A stretch of 63,898 nt of DNA, filler included, from Cercozoa sp. M6MM (lineage: Eukaryota > Protista > Endomyxa: Ascetosporea): NCBI GenBank assembly GCA_040357565.1. It is 13 parts of 13 records of this genome, joined end to end, with 100 filler letters (N's around TTAATTAATTAA, not from the genome) between each part and the next. Parts side by side here need not be neighbours in the genome. Positions count along the whole stretch, not along the records: positions 23,129 to 26,429 come from JBDODJ010001516.1; positions 26,530 to 28,584 come from JBDODJ010001854.1; positions 28,685 to 32,174 come from JBDODJ010001429.1; positions 32,275 to 38,058 come from JBDODJ010000849.1; positions 38,159 to 42,841 come from JBDODJ010001078.1; 8 more parts are not named here. The stretch is one strand, 5' to 3'. The translations under genes were made by a program, and so were the position numbers. Below, one piece after another: positions 25,136 through 38,169 of this stretch. Numbering within the stretch: the stretch's first letter is position 1; every line of letters begins with the position of its first letter. The notes beneath the pieces were generated by a model that was not told the DNA's origin, made no database searches, and saw only the letters and a program-made list of their open reading frames with translations.

Positions 25136-26429
25136 ATTAGAAATAATAATATACCTATCTCCAGAGACCTCGGGAGCTACACGACCGACAGCATGATTAA
25201 GTACCAACAGTAGTACCTGAACTAGTTTGTTGCTGGTATGTANNNNNNNNNNNNNNNNNNNNNNNNNNNNNNNNNNNNNNNNNNNNNNNNNNNNNNNNNN
25301 NNNNNNNNNNNNNNNNNNNNNNNNNNNNNNNNNNNNNNNNNNCAGGTGTCACCACTGCCGCGAATTCAAGAACGTACAGTCGCTGGGTCAGTGCGTCTCA
25401 TGTGACCGACGCTACTGCGAGACCTGTCTGCTGGACTCGTATGCCAGCGAGTACCAGCCCGACTGCATCGGCGATAAGCCGGCGTAGTTTTGCCCCCACC
25501 CTCTTTACCCTTTTCCCCCCCCCCCCCTTACTCCCATGCTATTGGCAGAGAGCCCTTCCTGTGTCCCAAGTGCCAAAACAAGTGCAAATGCGAAACCTGT
25601 CGAGGCAAGCGTCAGCGCATGCAGTCGATTCCTTTGGCTGGTATCTTATCCTACTGGAAGGTGGGAGGGGGAGGGGTTAACCTGTGTACATAGGCGAAGC
25701 GACCACGCAGCGACCGCAGTCGGATTTGCTGGACCTTCCCGGCAGCAGTCGGCGTGTGAGTTGAGTTTTACCCCCCCCCCCCCCCCTTTTCCCCCCCCCC
25801 GCCCCCCCCCCCCAGTGCGACTTGAGTGTGCGGTCATTGACGGTGGGCGACGACGGCAGTGTGAGTCAGGCCGGTGCCGCTGTTTCGCACCACGCACTCG
25901 AGAAACTCGACGGCGTTAGCGACTTGTCCTCCGCGATTGTGCACACTGTAGTATTGCCCCCCCCTCCCCCCCAGACCCTCAACCCCTTATCTTTTACCCA
26001 TCTACCCCTCTCCAGCACCTGCACACGATCCGGCGGCAGATCGGGCAGCGCGAATCGCTTCGGCAAAGTCTCGCCGTCAAAAATGCCGCCATCGTTCGCA
26101 TGGTACTTTGCCTCCCTACACCTTACCTCCCTGTCCTCTACCCCCACTTCCTATCCCCCCCCCCCCGCAGCAAGGTCAGCAGTCAATCAAAATGAGTAAA
26201 CAACCGCCAGCGAGTGCACTGCTGCTGAGCACCAACAAGGTAGTGTTCTTACCCCCTCCCACTCCTACCCTATACTCCCCACCGTAGCAAGGCCGACTGA
26301 CACTGCGTTTGCACACGCCGATGATGTCGTCGGTGCCACTGAGCGATGATGCCAAGACGGTGCAGCAGAGTGCGAATCAACCGTCAACATCAACGGTAGT
26401 ACAGTGTCCCTTCACCTTACCGCCATCTT
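23997..26429 (+). CDS. zf-4CXXC_R1-type zinc-finger protein with Gln/Ser/His-rich linker and NLS, 3'-truncated
   Basis: RCHHCREFK...CVSCDRRYCETCLLDSY...FLCPKCQNKCKCETCR, preceded by KKRVPPARKRPRR. Confidence 0.78.
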
Positions 26430-26539
26430 NNNNNNNNNNNNNNNNNNNNNNNNNNNNNNNNNNNNNNNNNNNNTTAATTAATTAANNNNNNNNNNNNNNN
26501 NNNNNNNNNNNNNNNNNNNNNNNNNNNNNCCCCCGTCTA

Positions 26540-27379
26540 GTGTACGAGCGAATGGAGCACGTGCTGCAGCGAGAAGGAATTTCGTCCTTCACGGACGCTG
26601 GTCTGCAGGTAGCCATATGTACATATGGCCTGGGTACATACATTGGATTAAATTGGTACATATGGACTGGTACATATGGACTGGTAGATATGGACTGGTA
26701 AAGTGGACTGGCAGATATGGACTGGTATACCAATAGGCCGTGCTGTACGTGGCGGACGGAGATATGCGAAACGCGCTGAATGCGCTTCAAAGCACTTTCG
26801 CCGGCTTTGGCGCCATCACGCCCGACACTGTGTTCAAGGTGTGTTTACTCCCCCCCCCCTTACCCCCACTTTACCTCCCCTTTACCCCCTCCCCCTTTGC
26901 CCCACACTTACCCCCCTCTCGCTCGCAGGTATGCGACCAGCCGCACCCGGCGCTGGTGCAGAAAGTGCTGGAGCACTGTCTGAAGGGCGACGTCACTGCG
27001 GCTAGGGACGGTCTGGAGGCACTCGTACGCAAGGGCTACGCCGAGAGGTACCCCTACCCCTCTCCTACCCTTTGTTTAGCCTCTCTAACCTCTTGCCCCT
27101 CGTACCCCTCCCCCCCCCCAGTGACGTTGTGCAGACCGTGTTCCGAGTGTCGAAATCGTTGGCGTGTGACGAGCGACTCAAACTCGACTTTGTGCGCGAG
27201 ATCGCCACCACGCACATGCGCGTCGCCGAGGGTGCCCTTACTCCCTCTACCCCTCCTACCTTTTTATCCCTAACTCTACCTCCTTGCCCTCAGGTCTGTC
27301 ATCGCTCGTGCAGCTGTGCGGTTTGTGCGCGCGTCTCTGCCGTCTGGCTAAGGAGCACAAGGAAGCTACCTCCAAGTAG
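26540..27379 (+). CDS. RFC2: replication factor C subunit 2 (yeast Rfc4), 5'-truncated
   Basis: ADGDMRNALNALQST, VFK|VCDQPHP, LKLDFVREIATTHMRVAEG|LSSLVQLCGLCARLC. Confidence 0.95.
26615..26728 (+). repeat. intronic 14-bp minisatellite (TACATATGGACTGG)n
   Basis: About seven tandem copies in an RFC2 intron. Confidence 0.9.
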
Positions 27380-27692
27380 ACCACTTTCAGTCAGTTGCAC
27401 TTGTTGCTTGCGCTCAGTAAACTTCTGTAAAGCATGCCGTACTAACTCGACTCCCGTACAGAACCGCCTTCACGTGGAGTGATCACTCAGGCTGGACGAC
27501 GTTGCTGAAAGCCGCTCAGCGTACAATACAGCTTTAGAATGACAGCCGAATGATGCAGTAGTTTCGTTTCAAGAGAGCAGCTGAACAAACGAATGGAAGA
27601 TTCGGGCAAAACAAATGATTCTGCTACGGTCCCGCGAAAAAAATACTTGTCTTTCTTCAAACCATCTTCTTCTTCAAGGACAGTCCTGTGTG

Positions 27693-28418
27693 ATGCCGCT
27701 CGCTTTGACCTACTTCAACGTCAAGGTAATACAGTAGCGGTGTTTAGCTTGCTTTTCGTCCTCTTTTGCAAAACTGAACTTTGGTTGTCAGGGCCGAGGT
27801 GAACTCTCGCGTCTTATCCTCGCTCTCGGTGGTGTCGAGTACGTGGACCAGCGCATCGGTAGCACTCCTGCACTCCAGCTCTGAAAGAGCAATTGATTCT
27901 TTCTTTGTTCCTTTCATTGATTTACCTCCCTTGTGCAGCTGCCGGTGCTGACACTCGAGAATGGCACCAAGATCGCGCAGTCGGTGTCGATCGCGCTCTA
28001 CCTGGCCGTACGTCTCTACCTTCCCTCCCTTCCTGCCTGACTGTCCGGTTACACTGCTGCAGGCCAAGTCGCCGGCCAACCTGCTGGGCGACTCGCTCGA
28101 GAAGCAAGCCGAGGTGACGTCGCTGCTGCTGCAGATCGACGACGTGCACTGCTCGTTCGCGCGCTTCTGGTTCACGATGCCCGAGGCTGAGCGCGGTACC
28201 CGAGGCTGAGCGCGGTACCGTCTGCTGTCCTCTCCCTGTGTGTGTGTGTGTGTGTGTGTGTGTTTGGGTATGTCTTGTGCCTGCAGCCGAGAAGGCGCTC
28301 AAGGAGGTGACGGAAGGCGCGACCTCGAAGGCTCTGGCTGCCCTGGGCAAGTACCTGGCCAACGTGCAGACTGACTTCTTGTTCGGCGACTCGATTTCGC
28401 TGGCCGACCTTGCCATTG
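27693..28418 (+). CDS. glutathione S-transferase (Tyr-type, sigma-like), 3'-truncated
   Basis: LTYFNVK|GRGELSRL, LPVLTLENGTKIAQSVSIALYLA, FLFGDSISLADLAI. The segment normally carrying PFGQ could not be spliced cleanly. Confidence 0.88.
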
Positions 28419-28435
28419 TACGCTCTAGCTCTCAC

Positions 28436-28436
28436 C

Positions 28437-28505
<69 letters not shown>

Positions 28506-28515
28506 NNNNNNNNNN

Positions 28516-28562
<47 letters not shown>
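28436..28562. repeat. (TC)n microsatellite in the GST intron
   Basis: Long CT dinucleotide run with a 10-N gap. Confidence 0.95.
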
Positions 28563-28565
<3 letters not shown>

Positions 28566-28689
28566 ACACGCGGACAGATCTCTGNNNNNNNNNNNNNNNN
28601 NNNNNNNNNNNNNNNNNNNNNNNNNNNNTTAATTAATTAANNNNNNNNNNNNNNNNNNNNNNNNNNNNNNNNNNNNNNNNNNNNCCAAA

Positions 28690-30250
28690 GCAAGGCTACA
28701 GCGTCCAGGAACTCCTTGAGTCGGTCGAAGCGCGTCTCTCGGATCAACTCGTCGTACTTGACCATGTCGTGCTCCTTGAGTGCCTGCAGTCGCTCGCGCT
28801 GCGCCTTCTCAAAGTCCGCCAGAAAGATGGCACGGCACCTGCGGGTAAGGTGCAGGGTACACGTAAGGAGAGGTAAGAGGTAGGGTAGGAGTAGAAGTAG
28901 GGGTAGGGTAGGAGTAGAGGTAGGGGTAGGGTAGGAGTAGAGGTAGGGTAGGAGTAGAGGTAGGGGTAGGGTAGGAGTAGAGGTAGGGGTAGGGTAGGAG
29001 TAGTAAGGTGATGGGGGGGGGGGTAAACGGGAAGGGTAGGGGCGGAGTACCGCCTCGCAAGTCGCGACGCGAGCTGGCGTTTCTCCAGGTGTCGCCTGTG
29101 AGTACGCACGTGCCACCCATTCCACAGTGAGACACCCACAGTGAGACACCCACAGTGAGACACGTGTCAACAGAGCGTACCGAGTCAGAGCGGCATGAGC
29201 CAGTCGCACGTGCTGCAGCAACTCAGCGTGCGCCGCCTGCGCTGCCTCGCGCATCACTGCGCCTGGCCTATGGGGAGGGGGTAAGGGGGGTAAGAGGGGG
29301 GTAAGGGGGTAAGGGGGTGAGGGGGGNNNNNNNNNNNNNNNNNNNNNNNNNNNNNNNNNNNNNNNNNNNNNNNNNNNNNNNNNNNNNNNNNNNNNNNNNN
29401 NNNNNNNNNNNNNNNNNNNNNNNNNNAAGGGGGGTAAGAGGGGGGTAAGGGGGTAAGGGGGTGAGGGGGGTAAGAGGGGGTAAGGGGGTAAGAGGGGTGA
29501 GGGGGTAAGAGGGGGTAAGGGGTAAGAGGGTGGTAGGGGGGTAAAGCACGCTCGCGGACGCAGCGGCAGCTCATGGTCGCTCAGTTCGCTTCGCTGTTTC
29601 GCACGCTCCTCCGCCGCCTGAACCAATGCCACGCACACAGTTTACCCCTCCCCTCTTTACCCCCCCCCCCCGTGCTGAGTGCAAAGTACAATCTCCTCAA
29701 GTCGCACGTCCCGTGCCACCACCTCGCTGTCTGCACGGGCCTGAGGAAGGGGGAGGGCAAAGGGGGTAAAATGATAGAAAATGGTGGGGGGGGGGGGTAA
29801 AGACTGACCAATTCAGCGACCAGCGATCGGTCTTTTGCAAAGCTGCGCGACGTTGCGGCTGTACCTACACACATACACACAGAGACATATACATGTCGCA
29901 TAGGCACATGCATATGGACACACGTACACATAGACAGGAACATGGAATGGACTGTACCCAGGCAAGACGACGGCAAGGCAAAGCGCACACGAGTTGTCGG
30001 AGCTTCCTCTGCTTGTCTCAGTCTGAGCAGTATACACATATATATATATATATATACAATAAACGTGTAGTACTGAGCCTGCAGACGACGCAGTCGTTCC
30101 AGCTTCTCACGCTGCATCGCGGCCAGCCGTCGTGCCAGTGAGTCATCTTCTAAGACACAAAACACTCGCTCACACAAGGACAGCCCAAACACGGCGAGGA
30201 AAGGTACCGCGCAAACTGGCTTGCAATCGAAAAAGCCCTGTCTCGCTCAT
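28690..30250 (-). CDS. Snf2/Brahma-type remodeller N-terminal part (HSA/post-HSA region), 3'-truncated
   Basis: EKAQRERLQALKEHDMVKYDELIRETRFDRLKEFL resembles the Snf2/BRM post-HSA 'ER+..L...D...Y..LI...K..RL..LL'. Start MSETGLFRLQASLR|EDDSLARRL. The ATPase domain is not in the window. Confidence 0.65.
28875..29045 (-). repeat. intronic (CTACC/CTACT)n C-rich array
   Basis: The sense strand reads TACTCCTACCCTACCCCTACCTC in tandem. Confidence 0.9.
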
Positions 30251-30445
30251 CCCGTAGTTTGCCTTGAGCGCGCCAGGCCACAAAAGTACGGTGTGTCAAC
30301 ACTGCCGGGTGCCCCTTGGACAGGTCACTATGTTCGCTTGGGCGTGCTCGCTTTGTCGCCTCAGCTTTTTGCGGCTCGAGCCGACACAGAGCACCACCGC
30401 TCGAAACACGAGCGCCACCGCCTGCGAGTTGTATTAGTGCGTGCC

Positions 30446-32122
30446 ATGGGTCGTCAGTACAACTTTCGCGCCATCCAGGGCGTGCCTTCGTACGTCTGTG
30501 CATATGTTTTTTTCTGGGCACCAAGATGCTCCTGGGCCCGCGAGCGTGCGATCACGTGTGCTGGCAGTGGGGGCCAGTGTTTGCTGCAGTTTTAAACTGC
30601 GTTTAGGCAGGGAGAAATGTGTTGGATTTGAGTTGTTTGTGTTTTTGCTCAGGGGCATGGAGATGGTCGACATTGTGCTGAACCGCATTCAGCGCAAGAC
30701 GCCGACGGTGGTGCACGCCGGCTGGGAGATCACGCGCATTCGCGAGTTCTACATGCGTAAGGTGAAGTTCGCGCAGCAGGAGTTTGCCGAGCGACTGGGC
30801 CGCATCGTCGAGCAGTTCCCGCGTCTGGATGATGTGAGTCGACTTGACTGTCTTGACTGGTCGATGTGTATGTGCATATGTGTGTGTGTTGGACAGCTGC
30901 ACCCATTCTACAAGGGTCTGCTCAACGTGAACTATGACCGCGACCACTACAAGGTCGCTTTGGCCAAGGTGAACCTCACCAAGCAGATCGTCGAGAATGT
31001 CGCCAAGGAGAAGGTCACGCTGCTCAAGTACGGCGACTCTTTGTACCGCTGCAAGCGCACCAAGCGTGCTGCTCTTGGTAACTTGCTTCTTTCCCTTACC
31101 CCCAATGTTACCTACCTGTTACCCCTTGCCCCAGGTCACATGGCGTCGCACATCAAGAAGCTGTCACCCTTCCTGGTTTTCCTCGAGAAGGTGCGCGAGC
31201 ACCTGTCGCGTCTGCCGCAGATTGAGCCGTACTCTTACCCCCCTACCACCTTGTCCTTCCTTTACCCTTTACCCCCGTAACCCAGGGACACGTGCACACT
31301 GCTGCTGACGGGTTTCCCTAACGTCGGCAAGTCCTCGCTGATCAACAAGCTGTCGCGCGCCGACTCGGAAGTGCAGAACTACTCGTTCACGACCAAGGCT
31401 CTGACGGTGGGCCACTTTGACCACCGCTTCAACCGCTGGCAGGTCATCGACTCGCCTGGTCTGCTCGACCGCTCGGTATACCCTCTACTACCTGACCCTC
31501 CCCCACCCTTTACTCCCCTCCTCCTCCCAGCTCGACGAGTGGAACACGATCGAGATGCAAGCTGTGACGGCACTGGCACATGTGCACTCGTGTGTGCTGT
31601 TTCTGCTCGACGTTTCGGGCGTCGGCAAGTACTCCATCTCGGAGCAGGTATTTACTCCCCTAGCCCTCTATCACGTTTACCCCCTCCCCCCTACAGGTGT
31701 CGCTGTTCACGCGTGTGCGCAAACTGTTCGCCAACAAGCCGGTACCCTTTTACCCACTTACTCAATCCCCCTTTACCTACCTTTATGTAGGCCCTCCTGG
31801 TGGCCACCAAGATCGACCTGCGTGGACTCGAGGATGTCACAGCCGAGGAACGTGCCGAACTCGAGAGCATTGGCGTCTCTGTCGACATGACGCAGGTGTG
31901 TTAGCCCCCTCCCCCGTACCGCCCGGTTTAGGGGCCCCCCCCCCAGGACGGCAAGGAGGCGTCGACCGAGGTGGTGACGCAGCGCGTGCGCGAGGCGGCC
32001 GAGGCAGGCAAGAGCACGGGCCGCGTGCCTCTGCTGGCGCTGAGCAATGCCACCGAGGCCGGTATCATGGCGGTGCGCAACGCCGGTGCCGCGCTGCTGC
32101 AGGAGAAACGCATGCAGCAGAA
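30446..32122 (+). CDS. NOG1: nucleolar GTP-binding protein 1, 3'-truncated
   Basis: [68 protein letters not shown]. Confidence 0.97.
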
Positions 32123-32439
32123 GGTACTTTTACCCTGTCCCCTGTTCCCCTGTTCTCTTGACCCCCCTCCCCCCNNNNNNNNNNNNNNNNNNNNNNNNNN
32201 NNNNNNNNNNNNNNNNNNTTAATTAATTAANNNNNNNNNNNNNNNNNNNNNNNNNNNNNNNNNNNNNNNNNNNNCAAGAGGTCAGAATCGGGGTAAAAGA
32301 AACACACGACTGATATCGCTCAGTGCAGAGACCCGTGACTCGTGTGCCATCAGCATTGAACTACAACAGGGAGGGAAAACGGAGTGAAAGGGTAAAATAC
32401 GCCAAGATGACCGAAAAAATAGCAAAAAAACAAGGCACT

Positions 32440-35361
32440 GTATTGATGTCGCTGCCGGTGCACGCGTCCGGAATCGTGCACTCACCTGGCGGTTCTGTTT
32501 CCGACACCGACCAATAGCCTGGGCGAGCAACAAAAATGCAAAACGGATCAAAACCCGAAAAAGCAGATGTACCCGGTTTCGGGTGCGCGCGAGCTCCGCC
32601 TGGACATGATGCTCCTGTCGGACACGAGTTGCACTTGCCTAAAACAAGCAACGCACACAGATCAGATCAGTCTCAGACAAAAACAAAAGATAAATCTGTC
32701 ACAAATACCAGTAGCAAGATCGAGGAACTGGTTTTGCTCGTAGCATTGGTCCAGCAGGTAGACTAGGTCAGGTCGGTACCACCTAGATGAAACAAGCACA
32801 CAATTTAAAAAATAAACTGACAAAAACAACTGAAAAACAAGAAAAAAAAAAGCTCACTCAAAGTGGAACAGCTCCGATCGCAACTCCAATGGCACCCGCA
32901 GCGGCGACAAAGAACGTCGGTGTGAAAAGTCGGGTGTTTGGAATTTCACTGAAAGCATGTCACGCTTTGATCAAATGCAAAACTGACAACGAATGATGGC
33001 AGAAATACGGCTTGCTTCGCTCAGGACGAACTTGGTAGCCTTCGCGTTGCCCAACACCTCAAAATTGGCAGCAACTCCACCGATCGAAAGCGTCCAATCG
33101 TTTGACAACTCGCCTGGACAAAACAATCCAAAAACTGAACGCTCGTTCGACAAAAACAAGGGACTTGACTACCACTTTCGTGCTCCAAAATGGCATTCAT
33201 GTCGGGCATATTTGTCACACGCACCGTCGCGTTCGTGCCGGCGTAACTGCCTCCAATTTCTTTGCAGTTGGACACTCAGAATAACTGAAAAAAAGACCTA
33301 CCGCATCGTGGTAGGCTCGATTGTCTCAACAAGAACTCGCGTGCCAAGTGGCGAGGGCACACACAGAGGACGCGGTGACTGGAAGCACATCTTGTCTTAA
33401 ACATAGAACACAAATACCTGATTAAACAAAGTGTAATACGTTCGACAGAAGGAGAAAACCGTCGCACGTGTCACAGAAGTCTCCCGACCATCCCTTCTGC
33501 TCATTTAGATACATTTTTGCAACCGATCAATTAGTAGGATAGTAAAAAGATGTACCAGATCGGGCAAATCCGGGTCTGGGAAGTCGGCTTGGCACGCGCA
33601 CGTGTACTAAGTTTCTGGAGTAGGAGGTCTCTCAAACAAGCTGCGACAAACTGTACCCCCGAGTCGTTCGGCACACAGACGGCATTGTTCTTGCACTCGT
33701 GGTCCAAACACTGGCCGACGCCGGGTGGTTCACTGTGTTAAACACCACGATCAGTTTTTTGTCATTTGAGTTTTGCAAAATGAGTACGCGAAACGCCGAC
33801 GCCGCGTGGGGGCCGGTTCGAACTGAACACACTCAAATCAGTCAGTCACTCAATTAATCAGTTAGTCACTGACAGTTGATCGGCAAGATACGCCAAAAGT
33901 ACCAGGAAAGACCCTATTCCGGGCAGCATCAAACCATCATTGGAGGCTGAAATGTTCGTCACGAATGCTGCTGTTGCGTCGCCTGCACAGACACACAAAC
34001 GCAACTCATAATGCACCAAGTTTAGGTACATAGTACTTGTGATGTCCGAGTTCGCAGTCAAGTAGCCACCGGCTGCACGAGATGCCACACGGACCTGTAC
34101 AGGGGTGAGCAAGGGTGCGCTTGTGTGTGTGCGTGTGTGCGTGTGTGTGCGCGGCGGGGGGGGGGGGGGGAAAGGAGATACCGTCATGTAGCCACGTCCG
34201 ATCTGCAGTACATCGACCTCGAACTCGTCGGACATGTCACCAAGCACGCCACCCGTATCGACCACCAAGCCAACAGCATCGACGTAGCGCAGTGCCGCCG
34301 GTGCTTGCACGAAGCGCATGGCTAGAGGATGAAAGGGGTACAAGGGAGAAGGTGGGGGAGGTGGAAACACATACCCAGCACAGTGAGCGCGTCGGCAGGC
34401 CGTTTGGCAGCGTCGACAAAAGCGTAGCCAGAAGCAGACGGTGCCAGGCCAAATGGTGCCGATTGCACGTGCACAGAGAAAGCCTACACCGTCAGTGGTC
34501 ATATTGATCAATCAAACTGATTAAAGTGATCGTAGTGATCGATCAACCAAGTACCTCAGTCACTAGCGAGGCATCAAACACGCCAATGCTCGTTGCGTCG
34601 AAGGACGAGTGTGTCAGGAAGGTACCCGACCCAGAGAGTGTGCTCTGGGAGTTACCGGTCTGCCCAAGCAGAGTGCTGCCCGTGCCGACAGAGGTGCACA
34701 CCGGCGTCGGTTTTGTCAGCGTGCTCTGTCGAGTATGCACACCCACCAGTGGCAGCACCGGCAGCCATTCGCCGTCCCACTGCCTGTATACACTTAGATA
34801 CATCACACAGACTCAAAGGGGGCTCAATGTCTACCCAATCAGTGTCGTCACATTGTGCGCGTTCACTTCTGTCGGCAGGAGGGTAAGGTGAGGTAAGAGA
34901 ATGCGGGGGGGGGGGGGGGTAAGAGGGGTGTACGACTGCTTTCGCACACAATGCGCGTCACCGAGACGCCGACGTCGCTGCCGTTCAGTACGTCTACATT
35001 GGGACAGTTTAACTCCCTATTCTACCCGACTATTCCCCCATATACCCCCTATGCTCTTCACCCCTCCGTACCAAGCACATCGACAGCGGCAGCGCTGGTG
35101 AGTTCGTCGAACTGGAGGTCCAGTGTCACATTTCCCAGCGACTACAATATCAGTCATCAGAGTCAGTGGTGTAACCCAATGAGACAGTCACACCGTCATA
35201 TCAGATGACGCAAAGAGCATCCGCGCGGACGATGTCAGTGTGCGCGCACGCAGACCACGTGCACGCACCGCCGCCGACGTTTCCGCCGACGCGTGCAGGA
35301 GCGCATCGATCGGCGGCAGGAACACCACGTCCGACACATTGGCATAGTCTATGCACACACA

Positions 35362-35432
<71 letters not shown>

Positions 35433-37967
35433 ACTCAGTTGGCACGTGTCCAGTGGTGCCACTTGCCACGTGTCATGTGTACCCTGGTAGACTACCGAGT
35501 CAACTGGCACGTGCGACACCGACACTGTGTCGATCGTGGCCACACCAATGGTGCCGTTGTAGTCCTGGGGGAGGTAGAGGATAGAACAGGAGAGTAAGAA
35601 AGGGGAGAAGGGGTTAGAGGGGGTAAAGATGGTCAAACCACACGCTGGAAGTGCTCAAGCGCAAAGTGCTGCAGCTGCAGACAGCGCGCAAAAACGCCGA
35701 CGCGGCACTCGACTCGAGCAACGTCGATCGACGTGTCCAACAGACCCGTCGCCACAAAGACCGCACTACTGCCACGGTCAGGCACACTGCCGCGAACAAT
35801 GCTGTCCGTGTCAGTGTCCACGTGGTACGGTTGCCACCACTGTCACACTCAAAGAGTACCAAATGATACCACCCACACACATAGTTCCGACATATGCTAC
35901 CAATGCTGTCTGCGACTTCTGCACCATGTACGCATTGACGCCTTCCACCGTACCATCTGGGGGGGGGGGTAAGGGGGGTAAAAGGGGTAAAGGGGGTAAA
36001 GAGGGGTAGAGCGGGTAAGACACTACCGAGATGCATGTCATGCACGCGAACAGCGAGAGCCAGATCATCGGAAACAGTCAGCACTGACGCGAACCGTTCC
36101 ACCGGGTGAACCGACCCAGTGACGGTGACGCCAGTCACTGTGACACGTGCCGTGGCATCACTGTTCGGTGCTACCTCCAATCGCGTCACCGTCACGGCCG
36201 TTCCGAGCGGCGACGGATCCTTTTTTAATCCGCCGAAATCTGTCCAGTACATTCGGTACACATACCAAACAAACCCCTGGACCCCTGTGTGGACCCCTGT
36301 TTGGACTACTCGTACCCATGTAATAGTCCCAGTACGCCTGCTCCACGAACTGTTTCCCAAGGGTGGGGGTAAACAGAGCAAGTGTGGGAAAAAGGGAGTG
36401 GGGGGGGGGGGTAAAAGCACCAGCTGATGCGTTGGCGCCTGCGACGTCACTCGACTCACGCTGATCTCCGGCAGCGTTTCTACACCGTTAAGGTGGGGGG
36501 AAGGGGTAAACAGGGTGCTGGGGGGGGGGGGGGAGTTAACAGGGGGTAAAGAGGGGTAAGAGGAAGACAAACAGGGAAGCATAGAGAGGGTTGATAGCGG
36601 GGGAAAGAGAGGGGTAAACAAGGGGGGACAAACAGGGAGGTAAACACGGGGTAAACAGGGGGTAAACAGGGCGTAAAACAGCTACCCCTTAGCACAAGCG
36701 ACGCGTTGAGCGGACCCGGCGTTTCGTAGTTGTGCAGAAGGACGCACCAGAGCACACCGTCCCTGTCGCTGCCAGTGCACGTGACATCGTCCACCGCGAT
36801 CACACTGGTACCCTGCACACACACACACACCGTCAGTGACCACCCTAGATATCATCAGTCAGTGAGACACGTGGTCACACTACGTTGTGCACGGTGTCTC
36901 GACGCGCCAGTTTCAGGTACAGCGCCACTCCGCCCGGCGTCATGCCCTGGGGGGGGGGGGTAAAAGGGGGTAAAGGGGGTAAAAGCAGGTACCTCGCCAA
37001 AGTACGGCTCGTACTGCGCCGCAGAGAAACGCACGTGTCGCACCGTCACCTGGTTTACCTGCCCAGTTCGAGATCAGTCAGAGATCAGTCAGTCACAGGT
37101 CAATCAGTCAGTCACAGATCAATCAGTACGATTGGAAAGATGGTCGACACGCCGCCAATGTTCATGGCTTCGATGGTATCAATCGACACCGTCAGCGACT
37201 ACTCGGGGAGGGGGGGGGGGGGTAAACAGGGTAAACGGGTAAACGAGGGGGGTAAAATCCACCTGAGAGCGCCACAGCAGGTCGGCTTCACTGGAAGTGT
37301 TGCTGAAGTACTTGAGTCTGCGGGGGGGGGGGTAAAATGGGGGTAAAAAGGGGGGATAAGGGTAACACGGGGGGTACAGGGGTATAGAAGGGAAGTAAAG
37401 AGGGGAAACTACGCAGTCATAGAGAGCGCCTCCATTAGCAGACACGTGTGCTCAGACAGCACCAGTTGCGGGTCCACTTGGCACGTGACACCACTGGCAC
37501 CGATCGACAGTGCCACCGACGCCATCAACAACGGCGCATCTGTCGCCGTCGCATTCTCCACCGTCAACTGCAGGGGGGAGGGGTAAACAGGGAGTAAACA
37601 GGGGGTAAACAGGGGAGTAAACCGGGGGGGGGGCGAAAACGGGGCAACCCCGGGGGGTAAAAAGGAAGGGGGTAAAAAGGAAGGTGGTCCGTACCGTCAC
37701 ATAATTTCGCAGGTCCAGCAGGACGTCCGTGTTGAGCTATACAAAGGAGAGTAAGGGAGGTTAAAGAGGGTTAAGGTGTGAAAGCTACCGGCTCAGTCAG
37801 TTCTCGATTCGTCAGTGTTACAGAAGCATCTACACACACACATACATACTCATTTACCCCCTTTACCCCCTTCCCCCTACCCAGATCGACGACAGAGGCG
37901 GAAAAGACGCGCGCCGAATCGAACAAAATCTGCTCCGACGCGTTCTGTCCGTAGCTCGGCAGGTCTG
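32440..37967 (-). CDS. giant multi-exon extracellular/cell-surface protein with furin site, EGF domain and ephrin-receptor-like (GCC2/GCC3) Cys repeat; both ends truncated
   Basis: Spliced GSFL|FEPAPTRRRRFA|EPPGVGQCLDHECKNNAVCVPNDSG|YTCACQ...|KGWSGDFC (EGF) and GKCNSCPTGASCPGG...GYWS...GECTIPDAC. Upstream exons are beta-rich (Val/Thr/Asp). Confidence 0.72.
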
Positions 37968-38169
37968 TATAAATGGGAGGTAAGAGCGGGGTAAAGAGGG
38001 GGGCAAAGAGGGGTTAAAAGGGGTAAAGTAAACAGGGGGTAAACAGGGAGTAAATAGGNNNNNNNNNNNNNNNNNNNNNNNNNNNNNNNNNNNNNNNNNN
38101 NNTTAATTAATTAANNNNNNNNNNNNNNNNNNNNNNNNNNNNNNNNNNNNNNNNNNNNGGGGGGGGGGG

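Noticed and set aside
33858-33930. Apparent GPI-anchor C-terminus (SFLVLLAYLADQLSVTN*)
   Set aside because: Better explained as read-through into an intron; splicing continues in frame into the furin site and EGF domain.
37560-38058. GGGGTAAA arrays as true telomeres
   Set aside because: They are degenerate, confined to introns between exons, and oriented by gene strand.
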